This document shows, one piece after another, positions 13,501 through 26,360 of a stretch of 64,000 nt of DNA (position 1 is the first letter of the stretch; every line of letters starts with the position of its first letter). The position numbers and the translations under genes are program-made. The notes under the pieces are model-generated. The model saw only the letters and a list, made by a program, of their open reading frames with translations, did no database searches and was not told the origin of the DNA. Source of the stretch: Octopus sinensis (Eukaryota); NCBI RefSeq assembly GCF_006345805.1, contig NC_042999.1:58962001-59026000 (forward strand), written 5' to 3'.

Positions 13501-13561
<61 letters not shown>

Positions 13562-14007
13562 AAAGATTCTTTTTCCAATATCAGTAATAAAAATAATTAA
13601 TAACAGCAACAAAAACAACAACAACAACAAAACAATAATAATAATAATATAATAATAATAATAATAATATAATAAATAATAATAATAATAATAATGATGA
13701 TGATGATGATGATAAAGCCACATAAAAACAGGCGTGAAAGGAAAAAATACCGAGAGGCAAAACTTTATGTGTTGTGTGTTTGTGTGCGTGTGTGTGTGTG
13801 AGTGTGTGTGTGTATGCGTGTGTATAGCGGGAGAAAGTAAGAGAGAGCAAAGAAGAGAGAAGAAGAGAGAAAGAGAGAGAGAGGAAGTAATAGGGAAGAA
13901 GAAAGTAGGAGAGAGAAAATTATTGATACATGTATAGAAGTATACATATGTATAAGTATATACATCCATATGTATATAAGAATTCCCCTTGCACGTTGCA
14001 TTATATA

Positions 14008-14068
<61 letters not shown>

Positions 14069-14150
14069 AAAGATTCTTTTTCCAATATCAGTAATAAAAA
14101 ATAAATTAATAACAGCAACAAAACACAACAACACAACAACAACAATAATA

Positions 14151-14195
<45 letters not shown>

Positions 14196-14212
14196 TCATA
14201 ATAATAATCCAT
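12557..14212. repeat. Tandem triplication of a ~510-bp microsatellite-rich unit
   Basis: aaagccacataaaaacaggcgtgaaagg recurs at ~12695, 13206 and 13714. Units are near-identical outside the microsatellite lengths. Confidence 0.9.
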
Positions 14213-14585
14213 ACGAGAGGTAATATTTTACTGTTTCTTTGCTATATTTGTGTACTGACTTTATTGTTCAAATGTATTTTGTTTGTTTTCTTTTTTAATT
14301 CTAGCTGTTACTTTTTTTATAGTGTTGTATTTTTCTTCTCTTACGAGTGCTTTTGTGTTATTATTGACTAAGGGCAAACCTAATGGCTTAAAAATAAAAG
14401 AAATAACAAATTTAGGAGCGAATTTATTGCATTTTATATTTATAAATATTTTTTTCTTGTGTTTCGATTCTATGTTAATCTTTATATTTTACTGTACCTA
14501 TGCCTATGCCGTCCTGTAGAGGTGTGTGTGTGTTCGTGTGTGTTTATCTACAATTATATATACATATATACATATATATAAAAAA

Positions 14586-14639
<54 letters not shown>

Positions 14640-15093
14640 ATCTATGTGTAACTGCGTATGTCTAGCGTGTTGACCTTTTGCTTACCTCCGCATCAAATGG
14701 TATAAAATTAGAAATTGGAAAGAAACAAAGACAAAAAACAATGGCAACTTCTACAGCGCTTCTCTTCCCCCAAAACTATTTCAAGAACTGTTGGTAAATA
14801 TTAAATTCCAAGGTATTTATTAGATATCTATTGGTTTTTAGGGTCACATAAAAAGATATTAAAAAACAGTAACTGATTTTCGAAAAGTAATCGAGCTTCC
14901 ATAACTGGATGTCAGAGAAATATTTGACTTGTTTATTAAACAAGAATTGTTAACGTGACCTGATCTGTTACTGCTCACCGACAATATTGAAACGTTTTGA
15001 GATGTAACACGACTACGCTAGCACATAAGACGCATAGATACCTAATATATTAATTAAAGGTCCTTTAATATATTAATTAAAAGTACTTCTCAG

Positions 15094-15368
15094 AAAGGCG
15101 GCAAGCTGGCAGAAAAGGCGGCAAGCTGGCAGAGAAGGCGGCAAGCTGGCAGAAACGTTAGCACGCCGGGCGAAATGCGTAGCTGTATTTCGTCTGCCGT
15201 TACGTTCTGAGTTCAAATTCTGCCGAGGTTGACTTTGCCTTTCATCCTTTCGGGGTCGATAAATTAAGTACAAGTTACGCACTGGGGTCGATGTAATCGA
15301 CATAATCCGTTTGTCTGTCCTTGTTTGTCCTCTCTGTGTTTAGCCCCTTGTGAGTGGTAAAGAAATAG
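15094..15368 (+). mobile_element. tRNA-derived SINE family B (Meta-domain-like middle), full length, TSD gtacttctcag
   Basis: Head ggcggcaagctggcagaaacgttagc, B-box gagttcaaattc, middle gaggttgactttgcctttcatcctttcggggtcgataaattaagtac, TSD at 15083-15093 and 15369-15379. Confidence 0.85.
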
Positions 15369-15519
15369 GTACTTCTCAGTCACAGGCGAAAACATGTGAC
15401 TGTAATCCATAAATGAGTAAACACACATACACTCAGAAAATACCCACTCACGTACGCACACAGACACAGACACACACATATTTATAGGTTTCAAATTCTG
15501 GAATAAGGCCAGCACTTTA

Positions 15520-15702
15520 GTGGGAGCAGTTAAAACGATTACATTGATCCCAGTACACAACTGGTACATATGTTATTGGCCCAGAAATGGTGAAATGCAA
15601 ATTCGTCCTCGACGGTATTTGAACTCAGAACGTAAAGACGTACGACATGCCAGTTACCATTTTGCCTGGCGTTCTAACAATTCTGCCAGCACTCTACCTT
15701 AA
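15520..15702 (-). mobile_element. Degenerate SINE family B-related copy
   Basis: atttgaactcagaacgtaaagacg...gttctaacaattctgccagc matches the family head on the minus strand. Confidence 0.6.
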
Positions 15703-16032
15703 CAAGAAGCACAGACACACGCGCGCGCACGCTTCTTGTCTGACCCACACGTATTTGCAACTCAGATGTAGTTTTAATTCTGTCAGAATAATAACCATTT
15801 TATTATGAGGAGCTAAACGAGTCGAGGCGCCTCTACTGGAACAATAATGAAAAGGAAAACAAAAGTTACATTCACATATAAAGGTTACAATCCCTCACTC
15901 AGACGTACGATGATATAATCCAGCGACGATCACTTTCATCGTATCCCTGTTGCTCTTTTGTGCTTATAGACTTTGTCACGCGGTACAAATATGCTACATG
16001 TATTTATGCATGCATACATACATGCATACATA

Positions 16033-16488
16033 CGCCTTACTTCCCTGGGCATGGATACATTGAAACTCCGACGTCTGGCAGCTGACTTGGCAGACACCCA
16101 TAAAATTATTAACCATCTTACTAACAATAACTCTGAGCACCTTTTCAAACACCATCTGTCTAACACCTGTGGATATGCTTACAAAGTCAGAAAATAGCAC
16201 AGCTCCCATGACTTTCGGAAACATTTTTTCGTGATAAGAGTTGCTGAAGCATGGAACAAACTGCCGGCATCAGTTGTTAGTTGTCGGAGCACTGCATCCT
16301 TCAAAACTGCCATGCTTTCTGAGATTCGCCAACACTACACATGATTTTTTCCCTTCCATGCACACGCAAGCATGTATCTGACTCATACACTGTTCGCTTC
16401 CCAGACATTTGTACATTACTGCATATGCTCTATTCCTGAGCACTGTATACAATAATTTCATCATTATTATTATCATTATCATTATTTA
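16033..16488 (+). mobile_element. CR1-type LINE 3' fragment (ORF2 C-terminus plus 3' UTR)
   Basis: RLTSLGMDTLKLRRLAADL...KIIN...*HSSHDFRKHFF..RVAEAWNKLP..FKT is the typical CR1 post-RT tail. It has an in-frame stop and ends in (att)n/(atc)n. Confidence 0.85.
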
Positions 16489-17469
16489 CAAGTATGTATA
16501 TGGGTATCTGCACTGATACACACTCCGACAAAAGAGCTCGAAGCTTTAAAAAGAAATAGGTACTGGGGTAGATTAGTTTGACTAAAATTCATCAAGGCGG
16601 TACCCCAGCATGGCCGCAATCTAATGACTGAATCAAATAAACGATAAAAGATAAGTAGTCATAAGTTCGATGTTTCCGGTCATGTTTGATCCCTGCATAT
16701 CATGATCTAATACATAATCTCTAGAATTTAGAATGATTTGAATGTATACAGTTCCTCCGTGAAGCGTATTCACTGGTCAGCTACGTGAAATAACGACCGG
16801 AAAATCTTTCAAATATACCTTCTATATGAAGAACATTTAGTTAAGTGCACGCTGACATATTTAATGTAGGGAGCCATAAGTTACTTTCAATGAAATTACC
16901 TTTGTCAGGGATATATGGGGGAACTTCTTTAACGTTAATGAGAATTCTTATTAAGAAACAAAAGAGAGAATTCTGAATCTCAATCTGATTACAAATCAAA
17001 ATGGTCATGTAGTAAAGAATTGCTTTGATGTTTTTTTACGTTTTTCTTTCTGTTTGCTTAATCAGGAAAAAATTGTCATACAAAGCATTATTTTCTCAAA
17101 TCAGTCCATGTTCTATTAGTACATGTTATATTACGTTTCACTGAGGGTGCATCAAAAAACCGAAATACATCCACCTATGCAATGTTCTGTTTCGCATAAA
17201 CAAAGCATTTATTCCTGCTCTTTAACGATTATGCCAGCACGCTGCCTTACTCACTGCGGTAGTGTCGGAGGCAACTGCTGTGGTTTTTGCAGTAGCAGAG
17301 GAGGTGGTGAAGAAGGTGGCGGCGGTGTGATTTCCATTGGTAGTTGCGGTGAGTGTTCTGGAGAACGTGTCAGCGGTGGCCACAATGCAGTGACAATTGG
17401 AGTGGTGATTATGTTAATGGAATTATAACATAGCCTTCTCGAAGTAAATGCTTTTGGCAGTAAGCAGAA

Positions 17470-17690
17470 TTATTTCTTCCAATTTTCTGTATGGTTTTCA
17501 CACTTTTCTATTAAAAGAAGCACGTCCTTTTTCTTCTGCTGACTTGTATAGTGAAGCAGTTCTTGCAGTCTTCTTGGAAAATATTCAACAGATTTCTTCA
17601 TCTATTCTTTATGCATTGTAACAAAATGTCGCAGAAATTTGACCGGCTTCATACATTCATTAAGTAATACTTCATACTTTCATTAAATAC
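17470..17690 (-). pseudogene. hAT (Buster/ZBED5-like) transposase N-terminal remnant
   Basis: Minus frame YEVLLNECMKPVKFLRHFVTMHKE*MKKSVEYFPRRLQEL resembles the Buster motif C.EVL.NESMKP.KL.RH..T.H....K..EYF.R. Confidence 0.65.
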
Positions 17691-18329
17691 ATACAGGTGG
17701 CCTTTGAGCCACCTGTATATACATCTAAACTATGTATACTCATCACAGTTTACAAATGTTGTTTTGAATCTTGAGCCAGTATTTTTTTCATTTAACATGC
17801 TGTATTTGATACTGTATTTATTCCACTTTTATTTTTGTTGTTTGTATGTCTTCAGATTTTAACCGGCGAACCATAATTGCCAGGGCATTATATGGTCAGT
17901 TGTACAAATAATATTTGTTCTGATGTTGTTAAAATTATTATGAAGAGAATAAGAAAGATGCATGTATCGTAGATTTTAATCAAATACGTTGTGTTCTAAA
18001 GCATTCCTTAAATTAATGCCGGTCAAAAAACGATATACTGCGTTCACACCTGCTCCTTTACATTAATATTGCTAATCGTTAGTTTAGGTTGAGAATGCGC
18101 ATGACAAAATAATATATATCTTATTTACAATATACAGAATTCATAGTTTGGACTGGATTGGATTGGGTTGCCTGTGTTCAGTCCACTGTAGGACGTGGGC
18201 TTCAACATTTTCTCTCCATCAACGAATTCCTGTTGTGTTGGCTTGAGTGTTGGTTTGATGAGCCTACTCTACCACACTGGCTCGACATGGTTTAGTAGAG
18301 GGGTGCACTTTATACTCATACCCAGGAGT

Positions 18330-18492
18330 AGTTAACTCGATTAAATCGACCCAGTACCCAACTGGTACTTATTTTATCGACCCCGAAACGCAAACTCGAC
18401 CTTGGAGGAATTTAAACTCAGAACGTAAAGACAGATGAAATACCGCTAAGCATTTCGTCTGGCATTCTGACGGTTTTACCAGCTCACCGCCT
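18330..18492 (-). mobile_element. SINE family B degenerate copy
   Basis: aactggtacttattttatcgaccccgaa...aactcagaacgtaaagacagatgaaatacc...ccagctcaccgcc. Confidence 0.7.
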
Positions 18493-19597
18493 TTATTCAG
18501 AGTAAGAGTTTCAAATCTTATATCAATATTTTTGCTCATACGATTTGATTATTAGAGTTCAGAAATCAAAATCATAAGCAGTCACTGTGTATTCAGAACG
18601 CCTTTATCGTGTGATAGAACGTTGTGGAAGTTGACCTTGTAATAATTTATACAAAATTACGGACATACTGTTTTTTCAACAAACGTACAGGGAGTAATTG
18701 TACATATTACATTACTTACACTTGCAATTTTGAATTCTGTTCTCGCTAATTAATATGGGAACCACTGAATTCTTGAAGTTAGTGACAAGATAGTATTACT
18801 GTTGTTAAACCCCCAGATGAACTCTGATCGAGGATATCTATAATGAAAGCCATTTCACTATTGACCCTTTTGTGTTTATGTATATCCGAGATTAACTTTA
18901 AGACTGCATGATATGATTTGGAGGAGGTGTGGCTGATATTTCTAGCATGTCGAGCGTTCACCTACAGGTCACCATTTTGGAATTGCTTTCAATGATAAAA
19001 CCTCTTCTACTCTGAGTAAAGAGAAGTTGTCCTTAAACATATTTCTACCATGTCAAACCCAAATTATTATATACCATAGCCAAGGAACGGTGTATTGAAA
19101 GAATCGTCAGGCAATTTATTTAGCATTAGTTCTGATTCTTTACAATGTGAGTTCAATTCCTACTACAGCCAATATTGTCATTCAACTGTCTAGTCTAGCA
19201 CTAGGGTCGAAGGTATCAACTAATCCTTGACCCAAAATTGGAGGCCTTTTGCCTATATTACAAACAATTACATACCATGGGCTTCATTGCTCGACATGCC
19301 CTTCATTATTTAAGATGAGGTTGCGAATAATTTCTTGCACATTTAGTTACTATACAGAAACCCATTCGTTGGAATTTGACATCCGTCCCTCATTGCCGCT
19401 TCTGGTGGCAACAAAATGATTACTGTCTGAAAGAGCTATATTTACAAGTTAGTGTTAGCAAAAAACAAGCATCGGTCGATTCACATATATCTTTGCTTTA
19501 TCGCGAAAAGATTTATTATTTTCGTCATATTTTGATTACCTTCTAACTGGATGTGTTTAATTTGTTATTTATGGCTGTTAGTATCTTAAGCAAATAT

Positions 19598-19669
<72 letters not shown>

Positions 19670-19981
19670 TATATATATAATATATATATATATTTATATT
19701 TATATATATATATATAACACTATTATATCATATATTTAGAATGATGAAATTTATCTTGTATTCAGTATGTTCACTAGTAAGAATGATAAAGGGGTTGCTG
19801 TACAAAATTTTATTGGCTAAATATCGATTGAAATATATTAACAAATTCTATTAATAACACTGAATGTCTTCGTGACATTGCTCTTGCTGATATTTATACG
19901 TTGAACATATTAAATACTTACTAACGCGATATATTCAGTTCAACACCACTGAATAGGTCTTGGTAGATGTTTATCCTACGT

Positions 19982-21469
19982 ATCTGTATATATAAAAGGC
20001 AGGGTGTGTGTGTGTGTGTGTGTGTGTGAGTGTGTGTGTGTGTACGTACGTACGTGAATGTTATTTATTCACGTCCACATGTCGCTCCAATTTTAGGAGG
20101 ACATTCGTCATGATCCTAGATGCATTTTCGTCAACTTATTATTCACAGAGGCACCAGCGAATAGCAGTAAAAATATATTTTCAGCCAAAACTTTTAACAA
20201 TTTTCAAGTCGGAGAAATTACCATTGTTTGCAAACACGAGTTAAGTCCCCTTCGAGCGACGAGTAAGTTTTTGTTAAGACTTTGGTTGTTGTTTCTTTCC
20301 ATCGATGAAAAAAGTGTTTTGTTGATATACGGGCAACACTGACGCACACACACAAACATGTATGCGTTCAAAAAACATGTATGCAATAGGTGTACGTACG
20401 TATGTGTATGTTGCCCATATATACATACATACACACATACATACATACAACATACATACATACATACATACATACATACATACATACATACATGTATATA
20501 TATATATATATTTTTAATAATGAGGGAGATAAATTAATATTAATTTTAATATCAATTTAAAACCAGTAGTCCAGCATACAAAAATCTGAGAAATCAGAGA
20601 AAATTCTAATATATGTGTATATTGGCAGGGCTTACTGCTAGGGAGTCGGCCGTATGCTAGAAATAGACCATCAACGATCAAACTACAAGGAAATTCTCTA
20701 GAAGAAAAATACAGCGAACACCAGAACTAACTTTGTATTTTTCGTCTAGAGAATTTCCTTGTAGTTTGATCGTTGATGGTCTATTTCTAGCATACGGCCG
20801 ACTCCCTAGCAGTCTTGCCCTGCCAATATACACATATATTAGAATTTTCTCTGATTTCTCAGATTTTTGTATGCTGGACTACTGGTTTTAAATTGATATT
20901 AAAATTAATATTAATTTATCTCCCTCATTATTAAATATTGAAATAAATACGTTCTCTAGTACAAAGCACCGACCGCAGTGAATTATTTACTGCAGCCCTT
21001 CGCCTCAGAAATTTATTAGCGCGCCAGAACCAAGACATTTGAAATTTTATAACTGGTGTAATCGGTAAAGCTACACACGTGTCTGTACTGGCACGAAAGC
21101 TGGGGTTAGCTTTTCAGTTTACATCAAAATGAACGGATGCACTGAAGAAGCACGGACATTTGAATTACGTAAATAATTCTTTTGTTAAGGCTGAAACCGA
21201 GGTATGCATTTAATTCTGTTTTTATATAAATTTGCATATGTCATGCCCGCCAAAGTTGGTTCTGGTGTTCGCTGTATTTTTCCTCTAGAGAATTTCCTTG
21301 TAGTTTGATCGTTGAGGTCTATTTCTAGCATACGGGCGACTCCCTAGCAGTAAGCGCTGCCATATACACATATATATTAGAATTTTCTCTGATTTCTCAG
21401 ATTTTTGTATGCTGGACTACTGGTTTTAAATTGATATTAAAATTAATATTAATTTATCTCCCTCATTAT

Positions 21470-21546
<77 letters not shown>

Positions 21547-21678
21547 TAATATAAACCACTTTCAACGGATTTCGCCCAAATTTGACGTAGGTGTTGCTTA
21601 GTTTGGTTTGAAATAATGAACTGGATTAGCTTAATAATCCTAACTTAATCCCGGGCAAAGCCGGGTTATACTGTTAGT
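19982..21678 (+). mobile_element. Probable Helentron-associated (HINE/DINE-like) element split by insertions
   Basis: 5' end atctgtatatataaaaggcag+(tg)n, internal aaccactttcaacggatttcgcccaaatttg, 3' hairpin cccgggcaaagccggg (21650-21665) followed by atactgttagt. Confidence 0.45.
20513..21475. repeat. Inverted plus direct triple repeat: A(20513-20734), inverted A(20735-20937), unique part, inverted A(21252-21475)
   Basis: A ~200-bp near-perfect hairpin with a 22-nt loop, plus a third direct copy. Both outer ends abut (TA)n. Confidence 0.9.
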
Positions 21679-22217
21679 CAAAGATATTATCACGTCCTTC
21701 TTTCTGATCTTCACCGTATTTTCTCTTTGTCTTTCTTCTTCGAATATCTTGATAGGGGGAATTAAATAAGTTATACTCGAATTGCTGTCGGTTTATTCAT
21801 AGATGATTTCATATGGATATTCACTTCTTAATTATGTTTATTCTTTTCGCTTTGTCTACTATGACATTTGATGCCTTCTATATATTTTTGTGTAGTGTAC
21901 TTGTCTATTATTTGACCAGTATCTTTTTAGGAGTCTAACTTTTCCTGCCCCACGTTTCTATCACTGTGTTAGCTTGTTCTTTTTAACTGAGAGGCATGCA
22001 TAGAATATGGCCGGGCATCTGACAAGTTGTGGCGATGAATGCCGTAAGTTACTCATCCTGGCCCTTTCTATAACTTATTTTTTTTGTTATGGTCGCGCCA
22101 ATAACTTTGTATATTGATCTTACGACAATCTCATTGGAAGGCATCAGCAGTGCTATAAAATCTTCAGGTGTTTTTTCGCGACCCATTCGGATAATTTGCC
22201 GTCGGTATGAAGACTAA

Positions 22218-22470
22218 TGTGGAGACGCGTGGCTTAGTGATTAGGGTGTCAGAATCATGATCGTAAGATTATTGTTTCGATTCCTGGACCGGGCGACGCG
22301 TTGTGCTCTTGAGCAAAACACTTCATTTCACGTTGCTCCAGTTCAATCAGCTGGCAAAAATGAGTAACGCTGCGATGGACTGACGTCCCATCCAGCTGGG
22401 GAACACATACGCCATTGAAACCAGGAAACCGGGACCATGACCCTGGCTAGGCTTTAAAAGGGCGTATTTA
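22218..22470 (+). mobile_element. tRNA-derived SINE family C
   Basis: A-box tggcttagtgatta, B-box-like gtttcgattcc, ttgagcaaaacactt middle. The 3' part is shared with 38158-38334 and 31437-31746. Confidence 0.75.
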
Positions 22471-22800
22471 TTATTTTTATTTTTATGAAGACTAATATAT
22501 GACAGCGGAATTTGTGCCATTCCGTTTAATTAAACCGCCTTCCCATCTTTCTATAGCCCCTTCCGACTCTCTTGGACACCTGTCGGCAAATTCACGGGCC
22601 CTTCTATTATCTGGGCTGACATTCCCGACCCAACGCACTTTGTGCCTTTATGTCGTTTACTCTGAGCTGCTTTCGAATTACCTCATTTTGGATATAACAG
22701 TGGTGGACACCCATAGCAGAGCTCCAATGAAAAACAACGCTGGAAATATTTAATCTCAGCAGATAACTAGATAAAATGAATTCCAAATATATGCTTCATC

Positions 22801-23039
22801 TACTCTTTTACTCTTTTAATCTTTTACATGTTCCCTCATTTGTCTGCGGTCATGCTGGAGCACCGCCTTTAGTCGAGCAAATCGACCCCAGATCTTATTC
22901 TTTGTGAGCCTAGTACTTATTCTATCGGTCTCTTTTGCTGGACCGCTAAGTTACGGGGACGTAAACACACCAGCATCGCTTGTCAAGCGATGTTGGGGGA
23001 ACAAACAGAGAGACGAGCATACACACACACACACACACA

Positions 23040-23081
<42 letters not shown>

Positions 23082-23084
23082 AAT

Positions 23085-23117
<33 letters not shown>

Positions 23118-23269
23118 CGACGGGCTTCTTTCAGTTTACGTCTACCAAATCCACTCACAAGGCTTTGGTCGGCTCGAAGCTATAGTAGAAGACACTTGCC
23201 GAAGGTGCCACGCAGTGGGAACCATGTGATTGGTAAGTAAGCTACTTACAACACAGCCACTCTTGCGCC
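22801..23269 (-). mobile_element. SINE family A near full-length copy
   Basis: Head ggcgcaagagtggctgtgttgtaag on minus, tail (gtaaaaga)n, internal (CA)n/(TA)n. Confidence 0.85.
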
Positions 23270-24197
23270 TATATGTACATCAGTCTCAGTTCTTGGAACG
23301 AATTATCGGGCCAACTCGGCGGAGAGATGCTCTACATTTCCACAATCATTTGCAGGTTTATGAACAGCTCAAAGAGTAATCTGAAACCTTCTTTTCCTAT
23401 CGAAGGAAAATATGACATACGGAATACTTAGATATATTTTCGCTGAGAACAAACTTCTCACAGCAACCTAACTCATACAAACTTTGCATAACACGTTAGA
23501 ATGGATAATTTAACTGGACATAAACACTTCTCCGAGATCGAATGACACCCCAACTCTAGTCATGAACCACAACAAAGCCAGCGTTGTTTATACCTGCCCG
23601 AGGTCACTCACTTAAAACAATTTACACGTTGTATGTCTAGAAGAAATGTTAAAAGAAGCAAAAATCATATCGAATAATAAACGGTGGCCGCTGGATATAT
23701 TTAAATATGTTGAGATTAACCAAATGTAAGATATAAGAAGCAACCCAGGTGGATCAACGGCGCCCATTTACAGGAAAAATCAGGTAGGGGGTGAATTTAC
23801 TGAAGGATTTACGCAAAATACATCTCAATTATTTTGTCTTTAGAAGATGAAATATGTCACAAAAATATTTAAAGTAACCTAAAATTCATTTATTCTTCAC
23901 AACAGCCCAGCGCCGATAACTTTGTATTTATTCTGATCAGGTATCCGTGGGCGCAACTCGGTCACTGATATTGACCGTTTTAAGCTAAAGTTACGGTTTT
24001 AGAAACTGCTCGAGTTATCTCTCTTCTGTATTTCCTCCGAAGAGAACAAGAAACGCGTCTTGTATGCCCCAAGGAGATATACTGGGCAAATATGATGTCT
24101 TTACATCATTTACCATTAGCAAGAATTTTTCTCTCATGCAGTTGCAGTAAATTTGCCTTTAGAATTTGATATGTCACAAATATATTTTAACTAACAG

Positions 24198-24307
24198 GCG
24201 TAGGTAGTGGCTCTGTTGTAGGTAGCTTCCTTGCCAACCACATGGTTCCAGGTTCAGTCCCACTGCTTGACACCTTGGGCAAGTGTCTTCTACTATAGCC
24301 TCGGGCT
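24198..24307 (+). mobile_element. SINE family A 5' half
   Basis: ggcgtaggtagtggc...ggttcagtcccactgc...ccttgggcaagtgtcttctactatagcctcgggc. Confidence 0.75.
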
Positions 24308-24535
24308 ATATATATATATATCTATATATAATATATATATATATATATATTATATATTATATATATAATATACATATATAAGAAAGTTGTTGTGAAAGCA
24401 CGTGGTTGAATATATAGAAAATAGTAAAAAGTGAAAAAACTACAGAAGGCTTAAAGGTTAAAATATATATATATTTGCGTCAATATGTCTGAAGAATATT
24501 AAAAAAATTTTTTTCCTTACAATGACATAATTTAG

Positions 24536-24574
24536 AAGAAAGACTGGTTTCGCGTTTAGCTTTTCAAATTTCTT
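24536..24574 (-). ncRNA. Minimal hammerhead-like fold with UUGAAAA (U3:A8) core, downstream of the Penelope EN C-terminus
   Basis: Minus strand reads aagaaa-t-TTGAAAA-GC-TAAAC-GC-GAAA-C-CA-GTC-tttctt. Confidence 0.4.
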
Positions 24575-24683
24575 ACGACGTTATGTTTATGTTGAATAGA
24601 GTTATCGTTATGTTTATGTTCAAAAGAGTTCTAAATAAGGGGAGGTAATGAGTGATTTCTTCCGGTGTAAGGGAGATAATCGC

Positions 24684-24790
24684 TTAAAATTTTTTTCCTT
24701 TCCCTTGGTGTGAATTTCTCTGTATCAGTATGTTGGCATGGTTAAGTCTGGGCTTGTACTTTTCAATGAAGAATGTTTCCTTGTTTAGTC
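24684..24790 (-). pseudogene. Penelope-like element GIY-YIG C-terminal tail (inverted relative to the adjacent piece)
   Basis: Minus frame KETFFIEKYKPRLN matches the typical PLE endonuclease terminus E.FFI.K.KP.LN. Confidence 0.65.
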
Positions 24791-24798
24791 CAAACCTG

Positions 24799-25038
24799 CT
24801 AGAAGGATCAGAATTCCTCTTTAAAGAGGGACAGAAATTCAAGATCAAATCTAACTTTACTTGTGCCTCTGAAAACATAATTTATGTCATAAAATGCTCG
24901 GGCTGCCACCAAGACTACGTGGGATCCACGGGACTATCACTCAGACGTAGATGCACCCTGCATCGACAACAGATTGCATTCCCAGAATACAGAATGATAC
25001 CTTTTAGTGAGCACATTGAGAAATGCGCAAAGCAACTA
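24799..25038 (+). pseudogene. Penelope-like element GIY-YIG endonuclease fragment
   Basis: EGSEFLFKEGQKFKIKSNFTCASENIIYVIKCSGCHQDYVGSTGLSLRRRCTLHRQQI...EHIEKC carries the IY..C..C...YVG.T..LR.R..H motif. Confidence 0.85.
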
Positions 25039-25123
25039 CTGGGGTCGATTTGCTCAACTAACGGCGGGGCTCCAGCATGGCCACAGTAAAATGATTGAAA
25101 CAAGTAAAAGAGTAAAAGAGTAA
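25039..25123 (+). mobile_element. SINE family A 3' end
   Basis: ctggggtcgatttgctcaactaacggcggggctccagcatggccacagtaaaatgattgaaacaagtaaaagagtaaaagag. Confidence 0.75.
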
Positions 25124-25266
25124 TCTAAAATTCGTTTATCTCAATATGATTTAACCATTATCGTTTACTTATTCCAGCCACTGGATTGCAACCATGCTGG
25201 GATGCTCACTTCATGCGCGTGTATTTGTGTATTATGTGTTTGCGAGCGTCGTGTTATACTCTAAAC

Positions 25267-25491
25267 TAGTGTTTCCCAACCAATTTTTATCTATAAAATT
25301 TTATGGCCATTTGATATATGAAAAAAAACCTTATTATATTAAATATTATTAAGAATTGTATAAAAAATAGTTAAAGTGTTACAATATTCTGTGTATTCTA
25401 GAAGTAAAACCAATTTATTGCAGATAAATTTTAACAAGTAAATCTTATTTCGACCACCAAAGGCCACACGGACCCTGGTTGAGCATCACTG
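25267..25491. mobile_element. hAT (Charlie/Buster-type) MITE
   Basis: TIRs tagtgtttcccaacc / ggttgagcatcactg and an imperfect 8-bp TSD ctctaaac / cactaaat with central TA. Confidence 0.7.
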
Positions 25492-26094
25492 CACTAAATA
25501 ATCCAATATCTATGTCTGGAGCGCTATCTTTAGGATAGCATGTTATCAGTAGGATAGAAACGAGACACGCATATACACACACATATATTTTCATATATAC
25601 ATATTCATAAATACACACACATAATTATGAATATATATGTATATATATATGCGTACAAATACACACACAGACACGCACATATGCAGGTCCACGTATACTT
25701 AAACTTGGATACATACAGGAAAGTATATGTACCATGTACTTACATGGGTCTCAATTGCTGGTGAATATCGGATAAAGCCATTTCCTTCCAGTGTCGTGAA
25801 TAATCGAAGAATAATAAACTCGCTTTCAATAGGACAAAATAAGATTAAATATAAATAGCCAAACACCTGTCTCTGAATGATTTACACAATTAAATACACG
25901 CTATGCATTGCAATTCATTAATTTATAACTGACTCTGTCTGCAAATGTGCTATAACTGGAAACTTAGGTGGAAAATAATTATATAAATTTACAAGTAGCA
26001 ACATATCTTGCATACTCACACAGTTACATATAAAGTATTTGCAGACATCACACACACATGCATAAGTATGCATATATGTACTGAAACACACACA

Positions 26095-26149
<55 letters not shown>

Positions 26150-26202
26150 GTATATATAAATATTTGTATGCATGTATATGTATGTGTGGGTATATATATA
26201 TA

Positions 26203-26233
<31 letters not shown>

Positions 26234-26240
26234 GGCATGT

Positions 26241-26288
26241 AGATTGATAGATAGATTGATAGATAGGTAGGTAGATAGATAGACAGCC

Positions 26289-26360
<72 letters not shown>

